From positions 14,808,082-14,872,081 of the forward strand of contig JARFYF010000046.1 in the NCBI GenBank assembly GCA_030265395.1: a stretch of DNA of 64,000 bases, given 5' to 3'. A model generated the notes under the pieces. That model was not told the DNA's origin. It searched no databases and was given only the letters and a program-made list of their open reading frames with translations. Shown one piece after another: positions 25,565 to 40,346 of this stretch (positions are counted from its first letter, which is position 1; the number at the start of each line of letters is the position of its first letter). The position numbers were made by a program, and so were the translations under genes. The stretch comes from Rhina ancylostomus (lineage: Eukaryota).

Positions 25565-26165
25565 CATACATTGAGAGAGAAGTTAGCAAAGCATTGAGGT
25601 TCCTGAGCTTCATTAACAGAAGCACCAATTTCAAAAACAAGGAGCTGATGTTGAATCTGTATCAAATGATCGTAACACCATGACTAGAATATCACATCAC
25701 CACACATTTGGAAGGATGTGAAGACCTGGGAGAAGGTCCAGAAGAGAGCTACCAGATCCCTGAGGATGAAAGATGTCATTGACAATATTAGACTGGAGAA
25801 GCTGGGGCTTTTGTCCTCAGAGAAAAATAAGCTAGGGGAGATTTGATAGAAGTAGAGTAAGATCACAGACTAGAGAAGCTGTTCCTGTTAGTGGATAGTT
25901 CAAAGGAAACAAGTTTAAAGTGTTGGACATAGGGTTATATGGGGGTGTGGGTGATGTAAACAGCTTTTTTTATGTAGGGAGTGCTTATAAAGATAGCGCA
26001 AACAGAGTCCATCAGAAAAAGTAATTGAATAGACATAGGAAAAGTACTTTGCAGGCTTATGGAGAAAGAGTAATGGAATGGTTTTGAATGGATTATTCTA
26101 CAGGGAGCTTTGCAAATGATAGGCCAAATCGCCTCCTTCTATGACATTACATCTCTATAAGTCTT
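25565..26165 (+). mobile_element. CR1 LINE 3' fragment
   Basis: VSKALRFLSFINRSTNFKNKELMLNLYQ, KVQKRATR, RLEKLGLLSSEKNKLGE motifs, then a 3' UTR GATAGGCCAAATCGCCTCCTTCT. Confidence 0.85.
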
Positions 26166-26279
26166 TGATATGCTGATTCAGATTTCTTGAATACTGTTTA
26201 TTTCAATTATTTTATCAGTTGCTGCTTCATCAGAAAAAATAACATTGTAGGATATTTTGCTCCCAATTTTTAAAGGAAA

Positions 26280-26950
26280 GTGTAAGCAGATGGGGATCAA
26301 AAATAGACCCAATGCGAAAGTGATCATTATTATCCTCATCCTACACAAAGGTTGTTCTCTTTATCACCTTATGCTTTCTATTGCCTGGGTGGTTTCCAAT
26401 TTATCATTCTAGCTGATTCATCATTAACTCCAAAGCCTTTAACCTTCTTTGAAAATCCTTTGTAACTCGATGAAATGTCTTTTTGCTTTTATGTTTTGCT
26501 CTGCAAGAAAACTGACTGTTCTTCTGGCTTTTGTTTTCATGATTAACATTGATAAGCTTTATAAAAATGCTCTCAACCATTTTCTCCAGTTCTTGTATTA
26601 GTCTGACTGGTCTCAATCATTTTTGAATACCAGGAATGCATTCAATACCCACTCAGTCCTCAGGTAAAGCTCTTGTATTTATGAAGCTCCTAAAAAACAT
26701 TCACCAAAGCCTTTCTTGTTTCCCTAAAGATTCCAGGGTGTATCTCATGTGATTCAGGTACCCTGTAAATATTAAAGCTTTGAGCTTCTTCATAACACAT
26801 GTTTTACTGACCTTCACATGTGTTATGTATTCCCCAGTCAATTTGAGCACATCTGGAATATCTCCAAAGTCTTCATTTCTTAAGACTGATGTGAAGAATT
26901 CTCTAAACTGCTACTTCATTATCCTCATCATATTTCTCCTAAAACAATCC
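26280..26950 (-). mobile_element. Very old CR1 RT fragment
   Basis: ORF 26404-26616 RPVRLIQELEKMVESI..SQ.. resembles YRPVSLTSVVGKMLESI..SQHGF; upstream FFTSVL resembles FFASVF. Confidence 0.6.
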
Positions 26951-27205
26951 CTTAAAGAACATTTGTTCTTTAATATTTGGCATTTCTCTTACTGAATAAA
27001 AGAAAATAATTTTGAATTTCCAGGTTCATACATAATGACTTTATTTATTTATTCCCATACCCTCTTTTAATTTTGAATTTATCATTCAAGATTCACATCT
27101 TTGACTGGCTTTTGATTCCTACTACCTTCCACACTAATTAATTTTGGTCATTGGATAAATTTACATGCCTTTCCACCACCCCTGTTAAAATGAAACTAAA
27201 TTTTT

Positions 27206-27352
27206 AGATATCTTTATTAGTCACATGTACATTGAAACACATAGTGAAATGTATCTTTTGCATAGAGTGTCCTGGGGCAGCCCGCAAGTGTCGCCACTCT
27301 TCTGGTGCCAACATAGCACGCCCACCACTTTCTAACCCAAACGTCTTTGGAA
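27206..27352 (-). mobile_element. 5'-truncated SINE 3' end (batoid-type)
   Basis: AGATATCTTTATTAGTCACATGTACATTGAAACAC..GGGGCAGCCCGCAAGTGTCGCCAC..AACATAGCACGCCC; CpG-retaining, with AATAAA near the minus-strand end. Confidence 0.65.
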
Positions 27353-30300
27353 CTTAAACTTTACTTAAATTAAACTTTACTTAAATCTTCTGATGCATTT
27401 TAAATATGCCATGCATGGGGAAAATACACGCTTTCTGTAATCAGATTTTGTTACAATTCAAAAGAACTTCCTGATGCAGCAACATTAATTGAATCTTACG
27501 ACAACCTTAATTATATATGTGAGTTTGCTTGCAGTTATATTTAATGTCAACAATTACATTTTGTTAAATGTAGAATGTCTTTACGATGGAAGTTCTGTAA
27601 TCTTTGAGTAATGTTCAAAAACATGAGAGACTTGTCCAAAATGGATTCTTTGTTGCTTTTAGGACCACGTTATCTTGACAAACAAGTAGAGTCACTGTCA
27701 GCTGATGTAGAAGTAATTTTGGTTAATATTAAGTGCATTGAAAGGGTGCCTTGTAGAAAAACAACTTCACCTTTTCTATCAACACCAAACATAGTCAATA
27801 CTTGGACCTAACAGGTTTTTTTCCATGAGTTTTACGCTGAAAGATATTGATCTTGTTCAATCAAGAAAATAAAAGTGGCAATTGTGAAAGCATTAGAAGG
27901 AACAGGTCCTGGGAAATGTTGTTTCCTAGCTGTTTCTGTCATGTTCGACCACCCTAGGAGCAGTCATGCTCTGTCCTTTGAGAAACTAAAGTGTCACTTG
28001 ATGTTATCAATAAATTGTCAGCCTAAGTTTCTTCAGAGAGTGCAGGGTCACTCAGCATCCCAGTGTAAGCTCTGTTAAAATGTCTGCATTTTTTTGGATA
28101 GTGCTCTCCTTTAAACATGAATACATCAAGACAACAGATGAGTAGATGAGCTGCTGTGACCACTAGGTCACAGCAACGGGGGTGGGGGAAAATACCACTA
28201 GCATGACTTTACATACTGGACAACTTGCTAAAGCAAATGGCTTTGAACTATACTGAGACTAAACTTAGTCTAAACCATGTGACTGACAAATCAAAGACAC
28301 AGATCATTGTATGTTTGGTGTCTTATCTAAAGCATTTTATTCTGCTTTGAGCAGCTGAGATCTATCGACCGCTGATTGTTGTGAACACAGACAAAACTAT
28401 AATCAGTCACTGGGTTGATAGACCTGCAATAATTCAGGTGTTTACATGGGCCATCACATTAAAGATCTACTATAAGTATTTGACTTTAGTGGGAAAGATG
28501 AGATTGGCTAAGATGTTGGGTCACAAAAAGTTCACATTAAACATCATTCAAAGAAAAAGTAAAAAAGTTACAGTGATAGTTTTGTTTGGAGCATTTGTTT
28601 ATCTGCCAGACAATATTTTAGCACGTTGAAAGATGAAGTAATTTTGAAGTACTGCAGAGCATTGCAGCTTGAAAGTGCAATGCTCTTCTTAAGGAATCTT
28701 TCCTGGACATAGATAAGTTTATGAAAGAGCTACCTAGAAATGGACCCAATACACTCAAAAGAAGATTCATTGATCATAGGATGCAGAAATAGTTGTGCAA
28801 GCTTACAAAACCCTTTATGAAGACAGCTTGAGCATTAATCCAAAATAATGGTTATCCTGATCAAAATCAGTCACCATTTATAATGCACATTAGTAGTTCA
28901 TTATTGACAAGTACACAACTTTATGGTAATTGAAGGTTGTCCCCTGTGCAGAGTCCTCCCTAGTGATGCAGTCTTGATCATAAATCTCCAAGCTGTCCCT
29001 AGATCACATGTGTGTGTTGTCACTTCGGTGCAAATAAACAGCAAACAAGCACATTTCAGTAGATATTAGTTATAGGTGATTTATTGATTTCTTGTCTGAT
29101 GGCCAAAGTCACAGTGTGCTTGAGTGAGTGCTAATGAACCCTAACTGAGACTTTGGCAAAATTATCCATTAATACTCATGCATTATATTTACATCATACA
29201 AAGCAAATATAAACATACTAAGTTAGAAAATAGCTGCTATTCATTCCCGATAAATGAATTTGTTCCTCTAGATTCAGTTGCTAGAATAGCAAAAAGTACC
29301 AGGAAATTTTCAATGGAGTCAGTTTTGCTATTCCAATGTTTAGTGTTATTGGATTCCCTGCCTGAATATAGGAAATGAGTAAGTGGTTGGGGATGGGGGT
29401 GGAAAGCTCATCTCTAATGGATCCAGCCCAATAGCCCATCCATGGATTTAAATCCAGCTGTGCTCCCTTATGGTTGCATTCCTTGCTCACTTGATTTTTT
29501 GGTATTGACTGTACCAAAGCATCCAGTAATATTATGAAGAAGTGAATTTGCTTCTACATTTCCAAAAATGTGTCACATTAATTAATAAATACTTAAATCT
29601 ACTTAAACCAGTGAACTGGAAGAACTATACTTCATTATCCCATCTTTTCCCTGCCATCTGCTTTTCTCCTCTCAAGGATGCTCTTGCCTTTAGTCAAGGT
29701 AATTTCTATAGGTGCTTCTTGTTGCTTGGCATTTATGGCCAAATGGAAATTTAATACATGGATAGGTAAAGTATTAATGTGGGCAAGTAAATCTGGGACA
29801 TCTTAATTTGTAAGATTCAAAAATCACATTCTAAAGTCCATTATCAATTAAATAGCTTCAGCTTATGAAAACTTATAGCTAGAAATGGCAACAGATTGTA
29901 GAAGATATCTACCAGCATGATATTTGAGAATGATTGTAGAAAAAGATATATATCATGAATTTAATGTTTGAACAATGAAACACAGCATTAACCTAAACGC
30001 ATCTATTCTACCTCAAATATGGCATATAACCCTGTTCATGGTTTCTTATTGTTGGAATTAATCCATATTTTCATAATTTAATAACATTTTATTCTTTCTC
30101 ATTTTCTCTTCCTGTGCTTCATGTTCTGAAAGAATTGACTTCTTCTCTGAAGTATGGCATCATATTGAGAGTCATTTTTTTGGCTCTCAGCTAAATGATT
30201 ATTATTCATTAGCAAACCTCAGCAGAGAATATAGCCAGACTTCTAACTGTGGTACAAACCTCAAACTTATCCTTCAAGTCTGTCCATATTTTGCTATGGA

Positions 30301-32804
30301 GCAGTTAACACCTTGAACATTTATATCTCTGTGGCTCAGATAGAGGATTTTACCTTAAACCTTTGGCACAGCTCACTGTTAGCTGAGCCTGGGCAACATT
30401 CTTAATCTCACATTGTTGTAGGTTATCTGACTGTGGGAAAGCTGTAGAGGTCCACTTAGTTAGACTGATACTGTTGGCTTGTAATCCTGCTATTAGCAAT
30501 GTGACATTTAATAAAGAACATTCATTCTCAAAAAATAGACAACTTNNNNNNNNNTATCTCTTACTCAAAGAAATAGTGGCCTGTTAATAGAATGAATTGA
30601 TACTGATGCACATTCTGAAGGAAGCTGTCTACTGTCTGAAATAACTTCTGCCAGTATCAATAAAGGCAAAATCTTCCTTGTCTCTGTGGTATCATGGGAC
30701 TGAATTAGTAAAGTGTTATGACTGGCAAACCACTTGTATTTTCTTCTCCATTACTACATATGATATGCAGCATTCTATTATATATCGAATTCTAGAAACA
30801 GTTATTAATTGTTCTCTTTTTCTACCAACATGTGTTGCTATTTCACCTTTTAATCCCAGTGCATTATTGACATCTTTTGGCAATTCTACAGACACTATAA
30901 AAGCATTATATTCTATTTCTACATTAACTAATAATAAAATGTACTCCTGAGTTTATACTTTATAGGAACTTATCTGCTAATTGGTTTCTTTCTGTAGTTT
31001 TACTGTCCCTTGCCCTTGGCAGTGTTGATCCTTAGTGCTGTAAAATGGAGACAGATCTGTTCCATCTGTCTATCTGTGCTGCTTTACAGTTTATTCATGT
31101 CATTCTATATTAACTGCATTAGTTTCCTGCAATCAAGCTGGTAATCATCTGATGAATTTTCAATGATAATATCCCATTTGTAACTCCTTTAGTTATGGAC
31201 AATATCATTCACTACTGCTACAGAATAAAATGGACTTCGATAACTGCATTAGAGCCACCTTGACTAAAAAAAAATCATAATGAATAACCCCTCCCTGTGA
31301 ACTTTGTTAATATGTACACTGATAAACCTTTTGTGGCTTTGCTCAATTATCAGAGAAAATGGGAGGCAAACCTGAGTGACCCTAACAAATGTAGCACTAG
31401 TATTGGGAAGCCTGAATAGCAGGCAATGAAATATTACCCATTAAAAGTAATTGAATTAGGAGTTAACATTACATTTCAGCATTATCAATGTTAACACAAA
31501 TTATGTTAACAGGAAGTAGGAAGTGTCACTTATGTGGAGTGATTTTGAAAGTATGTTTTTATCCAAGGTTTTAGATAGAGAATAGAAATTGTTGGGACCT
31601 CATTGTGTGGCTTTACCCCAGAGCAATCAATGCTTGAATTCAACTCCACCACCCTCTTTGTAATTTCTCTGTTGATAGTTTCCTGAGTCAATTACTGTTG
31701 TAATGTTTTTTATATTCTTATCAAGAAACAGTATTTTGGTTTTCCTTTATCATGCATCTTACTCCAGATTATCATGTTATCCTTGTAAAAAATTAAAAAG
31801 AGTGGTCATTTTTCTATTATTTTATTTAGTAATCAGAATAATATCAGTAAGTGCTTCAATAATATGTAAGCACCTATTTTGGGTTAGTATCTCTGAGATT
31901 CTTTGACTGTTTAAAGCAAAAAAAAATCAACTCATTGGCAAAAAGTGAAAAGACTGCGACTTAACCAACAAGCCACTTTATGACCTCAACCTCCACTAAT
32001 ATTGGTCATTTGAATTCCGGTAATCAGATCATGTGTAAAGAACAATACATATGATTGTATGAGAAGCAACAAATTGGTTTCCACATCAATAAGAACCCAA
32101 ACCATAACAAAATGAATAGACTTCTTGTAATATGCCTCATCTCACATAAAAGGACTTGTATATCAAATTAATAAATATTTGACACACTAAAAATTATAAT
32201 GAAATACTAAAGTGGAACCTATAACCAAATATAGGTAATGGAAGAGCATGAGACAAAAACATTTAAAAAAGGTCAAATTAATCTCACACACTCACACACA
32301 CACATATTTTACTGACATGTATACTGGTGTTGGGTATTTTCAGGCATTCTAATTTAAATTCTTTTCAGGCACAATGGGATGGACTTATTCCATCCTAAAT
32401 ATTTTACATATAACCATAATGGAACAGAGAACAGTATGCTGGCAAATCTGCATGCACAGACTACATAACAAACAGACTGGCACAGTGCAGCAACAGCCAC
32501 TCCAGACTGCATACAAACCATTGGTACTGGCACAGATCACTTAAAGACAACTGATATAGTGCAGCTCTAGGTGCAATGGAGTAGGCCATCATAATAGTAG
32601 AGAACATTGGCAAGGATAACAACAGGTATAATCTAGCAGGGTGCTTAAGTATACTGGAATTTGCTTCCAAAAGACAAAAAGTCTGTGAACAACTATAGCA
32701 GCTTAAATCAAATGTTTCACAACAACTGGCATGGATTTATGTGCTTGATGCTGAAAATTGCTGCGGAACCCAATAAAATGACGTATACAATTACTTTGAA
32801 ACCC

Positions 32805-33150
32805 CACAGTACAAAAACAGGCCATTTGGCTCAACTAGTCCACTTTGCTGTGCATCTTCCATACAATCTGTAGTATTAATCCTATGGGACCACCTGTTTA
32901 AATACTCCAATACTACTTACCTAACATCTGCTGAAATGTTGACAGGGTCTCTGCAGTAATTACTAACTCTACTCATGCATCTCACAGTTTCATAATTCTT
33001 AATTTAAAAATGTTTCACTTACTCCACCTTAAATCTTTTACATTTTATCTTGCAACAGAATCCTACATTCTAGATACTCAATAATGGCCTTTCCTATTCA
33101 TTCATAATTTAGATACCATTGTCATCAACCCACAGTCATTTATGCCACAT
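32805..33150 (-). mobile_element. Old CR1-like 3' tail
   Basis: ACAGTACAAAAACAGGCCATTTGGCTCAAC is the reverse of the CR1/HE1-type tail; downstream sequence weakly CR1-like. Confidence 0.45.
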
Positions 33151-36039
33151 TAAAGACGGTCTGCTTTTTATTTATAAAGTTTAATAAATACAACAGTCAA
33201 AAATACAGTTAGAAACTGTTTTCTTTCAGTAACAACACTTAGCAGTTACTATTTAGAACACATATAACCTAAACTTATTTTACTTAGACTGAGGTTGCTG
33301 TCATGGATCAAGTTTGTTGGAACTCTTTGAGTTCCCAATGTCTCATATAGCTTCTAAGATAAATACTTTCTACAACATGATTTCTATTAAACACCTGAAA
33401 ATCCTTCATGTGATTATTCAGAAATATAAATCACAACAAAACACAATAGGTTAAATCAGTTGGAGAAATATTCAAAACACAAAATTACTACTGTGGGTCT
33501 AAAACTCAGGGTAAAGCTAAAAAGCAGGATCAAAAACTAAATGATTGACAGTATTTCTGGTTTGAACCATCATGTTTGTTTGAGTTGCACCATATTTCAA
33601 CTTGTATTTCCAATTTCTCCCAGAATAATCATGAACAGACTACAATCTGAACAATTGTTCTGTCACAACATATAATGCAAAATGTGGAACCATGGCTTTT
33701 GAATTGGCTCTCTCTGTTAAGAGCCATATACAAGAAGCCTCTGTGGGAGTAGCTATCTCTTCATTAGTGTGGAGAGCTAGGCTGAACTCTGTAACAGAGG
33801 TTGAAGGTATATAGATAAAGGGTAATCTTTAAATGTAAACATATGAAGACTTTTTTGGTCTCACTTGCTCACTTTCTGTGTACATCTTACCACCAAAACA
33901 GTTCACTTTTAAACTGATGCCTTTATAAAGTCACTGAGATTTATTTAATTGGAACAAATCAGACTGTTTATATGAGGGGATTTCAACTTCAACTTCTTAA
34001 CATGGAAATAAAAATTAATTATAATGCTTTGCTGCTTCATAAGTAAAATCATCTACAAAAATAGCTCTATAAAACATAGTCTTAAGATTATGGGCTTAAT
34101 TTCTACTGNNNNNNNNNNNNNNNNNNNNNNNNNNNNNNNNNNNNNNNNNNNNNNNNNNNNNNNNNNNNNNNNNNNNNNNNNNNNNNNNNNNNNNNNNNNN
34201 NNNNNNNNTTTCTACTGTAAGTAATGCAAGAGTGACTTTGGGAGATTTACAGGACTGTGCTGATCAAAGTACATGTGCAGTACTTATACTATCAGTTTCA
34301 CCCCCTAAAGCCCTCCTGTCAAAACATAAACCTTTATAAAAGCTTTGTGAAAAAAAGCATGCCGGGTATAATAGTTTTCATTTTAATTCTTTAGTCATTC
34401 TGCCCTCAGAGAATGCACATGGTTGCTCTTATTAAAGGAGATCTTCGTGTTGGAACCCTCAGCAAATAAGTTCATAGTTCAGCATTTGTCTGAGGAGCGA
34501 GACAGAATGATAGATAATTAGGGAGGGAAATAACAATGACTGCAACCTCATGGATTCAAGAATGAGACCATGTGGTTAAAATATTTGCAATTAAAGAAGA
34601 AGGAATTTTCTGGAAAAATAGAATAGGCAACATTGTAAGCAGAAGTGAAAGTAAGTAGGGAAGAATTGTAAATAAAAACATACACATAAATAGATCAGGT
34701 TAGACGTGAATTAAGACTTACTGCAATAGTATAAAACAAAGAGTGAATTGGGAAACTGTTCTATACCTCCAAAACGCATCACAAATTGATATGAAACAAA
34801 ACTCTTTATAAAAAGGTCAATATCTGAATCATTGTTGAAATTAAATTTTTTTTAAAAAAACATTCTTCTGTGTGAAATGTCAGTTTAACTGTATGCACCT
34901 AGTGACATTTGACACAGAGAACATTAATCATAGGCCTCTTGGCCCTCCTTAACCTGAACTCAGTTCCGTCACTTTCTCTCCCTATATCAGCACAAAGTTC
35001 TCATCATTGATACAACATTCCCATCGTCTATGACGGTTTCTGTGAATTGAATGAACTTTAGACAAACGCTACAATCATTCTTGATGGAATCTTGTTTGTT
35101 GATGCTTCTTAATGTCAGGATATCTTCTGATACTGTATCTTAAACCCATACCTCTCACCAAAAAAAATTCTGTTATTTTACAGATTATCAGACTGACTGT
35201 GACCTTTAACCCCATATCTGCCTGGTAAAGGCTGCATCTTGTCTTTACTAATCACTCCNNNNNNNNNNCAAATTAAGGTCAGTGTCTTCTGTGTTGGCTG
35301 CTACTCACTCTCCATCTCACTGTAGGAAACTTTTACACTGACTTCTTAACATCAAACCCCACAGAATTTAATTAGAAAGGGAAGAAGCAGGACTGTGAAC
35401 AAATTTCATTCATGCTTCAGTGACCTATTGATTCTACCAGTTCAACACTTAAAAAATTGTAAGTTCTGAGAAGGATGCTCATGCCTTTTGCTGGTGACCA
35501 CAGGGAGTTAAAAACAAACAGATGCTTGGCGCTAGTTTAGAGGATTTTGAAAATAGACAGTGATGACACCAGGGACTGTTTGGATAGACAAAGGAAATAA
35601 CTGTGACATGCTTAACCAGAAGCTTTTCACATGTCCTTTGGGATTACAAGTGCTGAAAAACTGTAGGACTTGACACAGAGGAAGAGCACAATTACTGAGG
35701 ACAGAAATGGACTTAAAAAGGTATGNNNNNNNNNNAAATATATTGAGTACATTTTTTAAAGGAAAATTAGCACACTTATAGCTCTCAGAATAAGATATGA
35801 ATCTCCAGATGATGCATACAGTCCCATTTGTTCCATTTTTCCTTTAGTGTTATGAACATTTACTAAGTTATTGATGCACAGAATGCTGCTTTTTCCTTCA
35901 AATATGTACAGCCTAGAAATTCTCTCATGTAGTCCAATGTTTAAGTGCAGTAGGTGATGGAATTTCTTCAAAGACTGATTCAGTATTTCCATCTGCAAAA
36001 TCCACAATTTTCTTTCTATGTTCTGCCTGCATAAGATGA

Positions 36040-36235
36040 GTTAATGCACAGTGCAGTGACTCCTAAAGATGTGCACCGACCAATGAATTTGACATGGAAC
36101 CTGAACTGATCACCATAGTTGGACAAGTACCACTGCTGATGTGAAGGATTTCCTGGAAGTTGCAGACTTTTGGGACTAGGTTCGTGTTCTTGATGTTTCT
36201 CTCCTAGCAGCACGGTACATCTGCTTGGTAGTACT
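36040..36235 (+). mobile_element. Decayed Rex1/L2-like RT fragment
   Basis: Frameshifted VH..NLTWNLN..IV....FL.KLQTFG pattern resembles GVHITNDLTW..IVKKA..FLRKL..FG. Confidence 0.4.
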
Positions 36236-36243
36236 GGAGCAGC

Positions 36244-36455
36244 ATAAGAACACAAGAAGTAGAAGCAAGAGAAGGCCAAACCTGCTCTGCCATTCAAGAA
36301 CATGAAGCACCTTGTCCATTTTTCTACTCAATCTTCCTATCCTCTTGATTCCCTTTGTGTTCAAACATCTATTGATCTCAACTTTGGATATTTGCTCAGT
36401 GACTAAATAAACATAGTCTGCCAGGGCACCAAATTCCAACATTTACAGCCTTCCT
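36244..36455 (-). mobile_element. CR1 3' tail
   Basis: CATAAGAACACAAGAAGTAGAAGCAAGAGAAGGCCA..CCTGCTCTGCCATTCAA; ORF 36176-36442 contains KVEINRCLNTKGIK. Confidence 0.75.
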
Positions 36456-39400
36456 TATCTGCATTTTAGATCCATACAGTTTTTAGAACATTCCTTCTTC
36501 CCATTGTTCCTCTTCACTTTTTGTAGGACTGTTCCAAATTCTCTTTTGCTGTTGCACTTATTTAGTCTTTAAAGTCCTAGACTTATTTGAATCAGTTGAC
36601 AAGGGGCGTATGATGTGGTGAGGATGCATCCACTGGTTGCTGGGTGTCAATGATTTTACAACCAGAGCAGGAAGATTTCCTTGGACCACTATTTCTAATA
36701 AAACTGTANNNNNNNNNNNNNNNNNNNNNNNNNNNNNNNNNNNNNNNNNNNNNNNNNNNNNNNNNNNNNNNNNNNNNNNNNNNNNNNNNNNNNNNNNNNN
36801 NNNNNNNNNNNNNNNNNNNNNNNNNNNNNNNNNNNNNNNNNNNNNNNNNNNNNNNNNNNNNNNNNNNNNNNNNNNNNNNNNNNNNNNNNNNNNNNNNNNN
36901 NNNNNNNNNNNNNNNNNNNNNNNNNNNNNNNNNNNNNNNNNNNNNNNNNNNNNNNNNNNNNNNNNNNNNNNNNNNNNNNNNNNNNNNNNNNNNNNNNNNN
37001 NNNNNNNNNNNNNNNNNNNNNNNNNNNNNNNNNNNNNNNNNNNNNNNNNNNNNNNNNNNNNNNNNNNNNNNNNNNNNNNNNNNNNNNNNNNNNNNNNNNN
37101 NNNNNNNNNNNNNNNNNNNNNNNNNNNNNNNNNNNNNNNNNNNNNNNNNNNNNNNNNNNNNNNNNNNNNNNNNNNNNNNNNNNNNNNNNCTGCTGACCAC
37201 TTACTTCCCTGTAGTCTGAAATTTTAGGAATTGTTTTGGCTTCAGCTGCCTACCCTAACCAGGTTCTCTTCAGATGCTGCGCTGTTCCTCATGTTTGAGG
37301 TCCTGAAAGGTGTGTCTATTCCTGGATATTCTCAACAAACTGCTTCAGTGTTGCTATTACTGTCAGTTTGTCTTCCCTGCTGGATGGTGTCCTTGAGCTT
37401 ATTAGAAGCTGTGAAACAAGTTGCCAGGGTTGCTGGTGTGGCTGTTAGTTGGTTGGCTGCTCCTAAGCAACACAGGTGCAGGCATACACACATACACTTC
37501 AACTCACAATTACTTGCCTTTCTTCTGGCTGCTGATTTCCTCTATTCAATTGAATGGGGTGGTTCTTAATTTATACCAGGTTCAAACTGGTGCAGGTTCA
37601 GTGAACAAGCAGAGAGCAGGGAAACCTATAGATGTTCATGGCACTGAGATGGACTGTGTCAGGACACGTCAAAGATCCAGCCCATGATGAATTTTCTACC
37701 ATCAGTCTACAGCAAATTTTGGCTAGAGTCTGCAGATGAGGAAAACTTTTATGGATTTTGACACTGTGAGTGAACCAAAGACATTGAGCCTGCAAGAACC
37801 CACTGTTCAGTTTAATTTGGAAGCAGGCTTCAGTTTTGAGTTGCTGTGATGGGAAGGAGTTAGAAACAGCTGCTGAAAGGAATGGAAAATCTTGCCCACT
37901 GCATGCTTAAAAACCTAAAAGATGCAGCCATCAACAGAAGACAGAATGACAGTCCTAGAGGCCACCTTTAACTGGGTAAACAAATGTTGAATGTTGCGAG
38001 AGACTCAATAGTGCAGATGCTAGCACGTCATCCTTTGATCCCTTCAGTACAAAGCCAACACAGATGGATGGATAGATCCTCCCTAAAATGACTCAACAAT
38101 GTGAGTCAATTGCATGAAGTTCTAGCAACTGTTCTTCCAACCTCAGTCTTATTCAAGATGCATCAAGGAGCCTTATCATTGGGAATGGAAGGACACACAA
38201 TTGTAAAATAGGGTTTGCACTTATGAGCCTGGGTTTAAAACACACTGAGTTTACTTTGATAATATAAATTGACACTGATATCTAGATTTTCCAACTGCAC
38301 TTAATTTAATCTTTGTATTTACCCTGTCCAAAATAGAAAAAAGTTGCCATTAGTAGAAAAGTCAAAACAAGTGACATTAAATGGTATTATCCCACAGCCC
38401 CACCCATAAGCAGCATAACAGACCAAATTTTGGGGTCAGCTGTGAAGCAATGTGGGTGGCTGCTCACCTCACTGGCAGCTATGAACACAGTTTATACGGG
38501 AAACTGAGCAGATATTTGCTCTGATCCAGTGCACTGCCACATCCTCTGCAGGGCATCTGTCGCATCTGTGAACAGGACAAGAAACAGCGATTCTCTCTAG
38601 CCAATCAGACAGAGAAATCCACACTGAGACACGCAGAATCCAAACCTGGAAGAATAAATTAGATTTAAATCATTGCAAAATATAAAATAAAGTTAGCAAA
38701 AACAGATAGGAATAAAAATGAATTAAGCATGCCTGTCAGGAACAGTAATAAGAAACTTACTAACTTCTGAAGGAAAAGGACACTGCACATAAAATTAAAA
38801 GGGGTAGTGATGTTAATTGTCAGCAATTATTACACTGTTGGTTACTGGTAAGTACTATGAAAAACATGCAAAGGCATTTAATTAAAGTCTTTTGGCAGTT
38901 TTGACATAACATAGAGAACTGAACAGCAATTCTGAATTTCCACATTTACTTGTACAGATGCCGACAAGTTGTTCTTTTAGTTTATTCTATGACAATGATG
39001 GACAGATCCATCATTACCATTAATGCAACAACTGGAGCATTACTTTTCAAATTTATTAAATGCTACCAGAATAAATATAGTATTTTGCTGTAGAATTAAT
39101 GGTTGTAGGAGGAGCATCATAACATGTTGAAAGTTACAAACTGATTACTAAGTTTTGCAATGTAAATTGAACTGAAATTTTATCTATCAGTTTGACAAAG
39201 AAGTTAAAGCTAAATTTTATAATGATAAATAGTAATTCAGCAATGGGAAATTTGAAAGGTTTTATTCAGCAATCTTGTGCTCCTTAAATAGGAATGCAGC
39301 TCAAAGACAGAACTATAATTTATTAATCCTAATTCTTTTGTTTAGGCCAATCGATGCTGAAGAAGTGGATCTGTTGAATTTACATCACTCTTTCATATCA

Positions 39401-39531
39401 GCAAATACAAAAAGTTTGTCATTGTCCTCATGTACATCGGAGAGAAGAACAAAAATAATTTTGCAGCTGATGATTCAGAGTTGCTGTGCATAAAATTGTT
39501 CAGTGGAACACCCCAGCTTCAATCAAATCAA

Positions 39532-39944
39532 AGCTGGGGCTATTTTCTCTGGAGTGGAGGCTGAGGGGAGATTTGATAGAAATTTATAAAATTATATGAG
39601 ACATAGATAGAGTAGATAGCCAGTACCTTTTCCCCAGGATTGAAATATCCAGTACTAGAGGGCATGTATTTAAGGTGGGAGGGGAAAAGTACAAAGGAGA
39701 TGTGTGAGGCAAGTTTTTTTTACACAGAGCTGTGGGGACCTGGAATGCAATGACAGGGGTAGTGGTGGAGGCAGATCACATAAGATTGTTTAAGGGACTC
39801 TTAGATCGGCATATCAATATGCAGAGAAGTGGTAAATGTGCGAGGGAGAGGGATTAGATTAATTAGGAGGCATTGCTTTAATTAGTTTGGTACAATGTCA
39901 TGGGCCGACAGGCCTGTCCTGTGCTGTACTATGTTCTATGTTCT
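39532..39944 (+). mobile_element. 5'-truncated CR1/HER1-type LINE with TSD
   Basis: LGLFSLEWRLRGDLIEIYKIIxDIDRVD, tail CTGTACTATGTTCTATGTTCT, TSD AAATCAA at 39525-31 and 39945-51. Confidence 0.9.
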
Positions 39945-40346
39945 AAATCAACCTTCGTTCTAGTCTGCCTGATAGGACTGAAAAGGTGGAAGAGCAAAAG
40001 AGTACATTCAATTACTCTAATAATTTTGAATCAATCTCAGTGTTATAATAATGATGCATGTAGTAAAAGCATAACTGTGGCCTTAGCTGCAGGAAATGAG
40101 GGTAAGTTTAGCTTGCATTTGTTTTCTCTAATTTGCATAATGGTTTACTGACCAAATAAGAATATTTTATGGATAATATATTTTATAGCCCCTTGATGGG
40201 CAAAATAGTATTCAGAGAAGAGTAGATATTAGAGGATAATGAATATAAATTTTAAAAATTCTAAGGTATTAATCCAATCAAAAGATCAGATGACATCATA
40301 AACTAAAGATTCTGCTCAAATGATTTATGGTTATCATTTCTGTGGT

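Noticed and set aside
28152-28175. 10-bp palindrome TGCTGTGACC-acta-GGTCACAGCA as a nuclear-receptor element
   Set aside because: Half-sites are everted with a 4-nt spacer rather than a canonical ERE; too short to support alone.
36592-37227. Longest ORFs in the track (190-200 aa)
   Set aside because: Almost entirely X residues from an N gap; the same applies to 17795-18259, 43536-43931, 54906-55222, 58568-58900 and 59545-59826.
38330-39040. Possible ancient non-autonomous DNA transposon (similar impression at 8260-8930 and 42230-42520)
   Set aside because: No clear terminal inverted repeats or TSD could be fixed by eye, so no feature was called.
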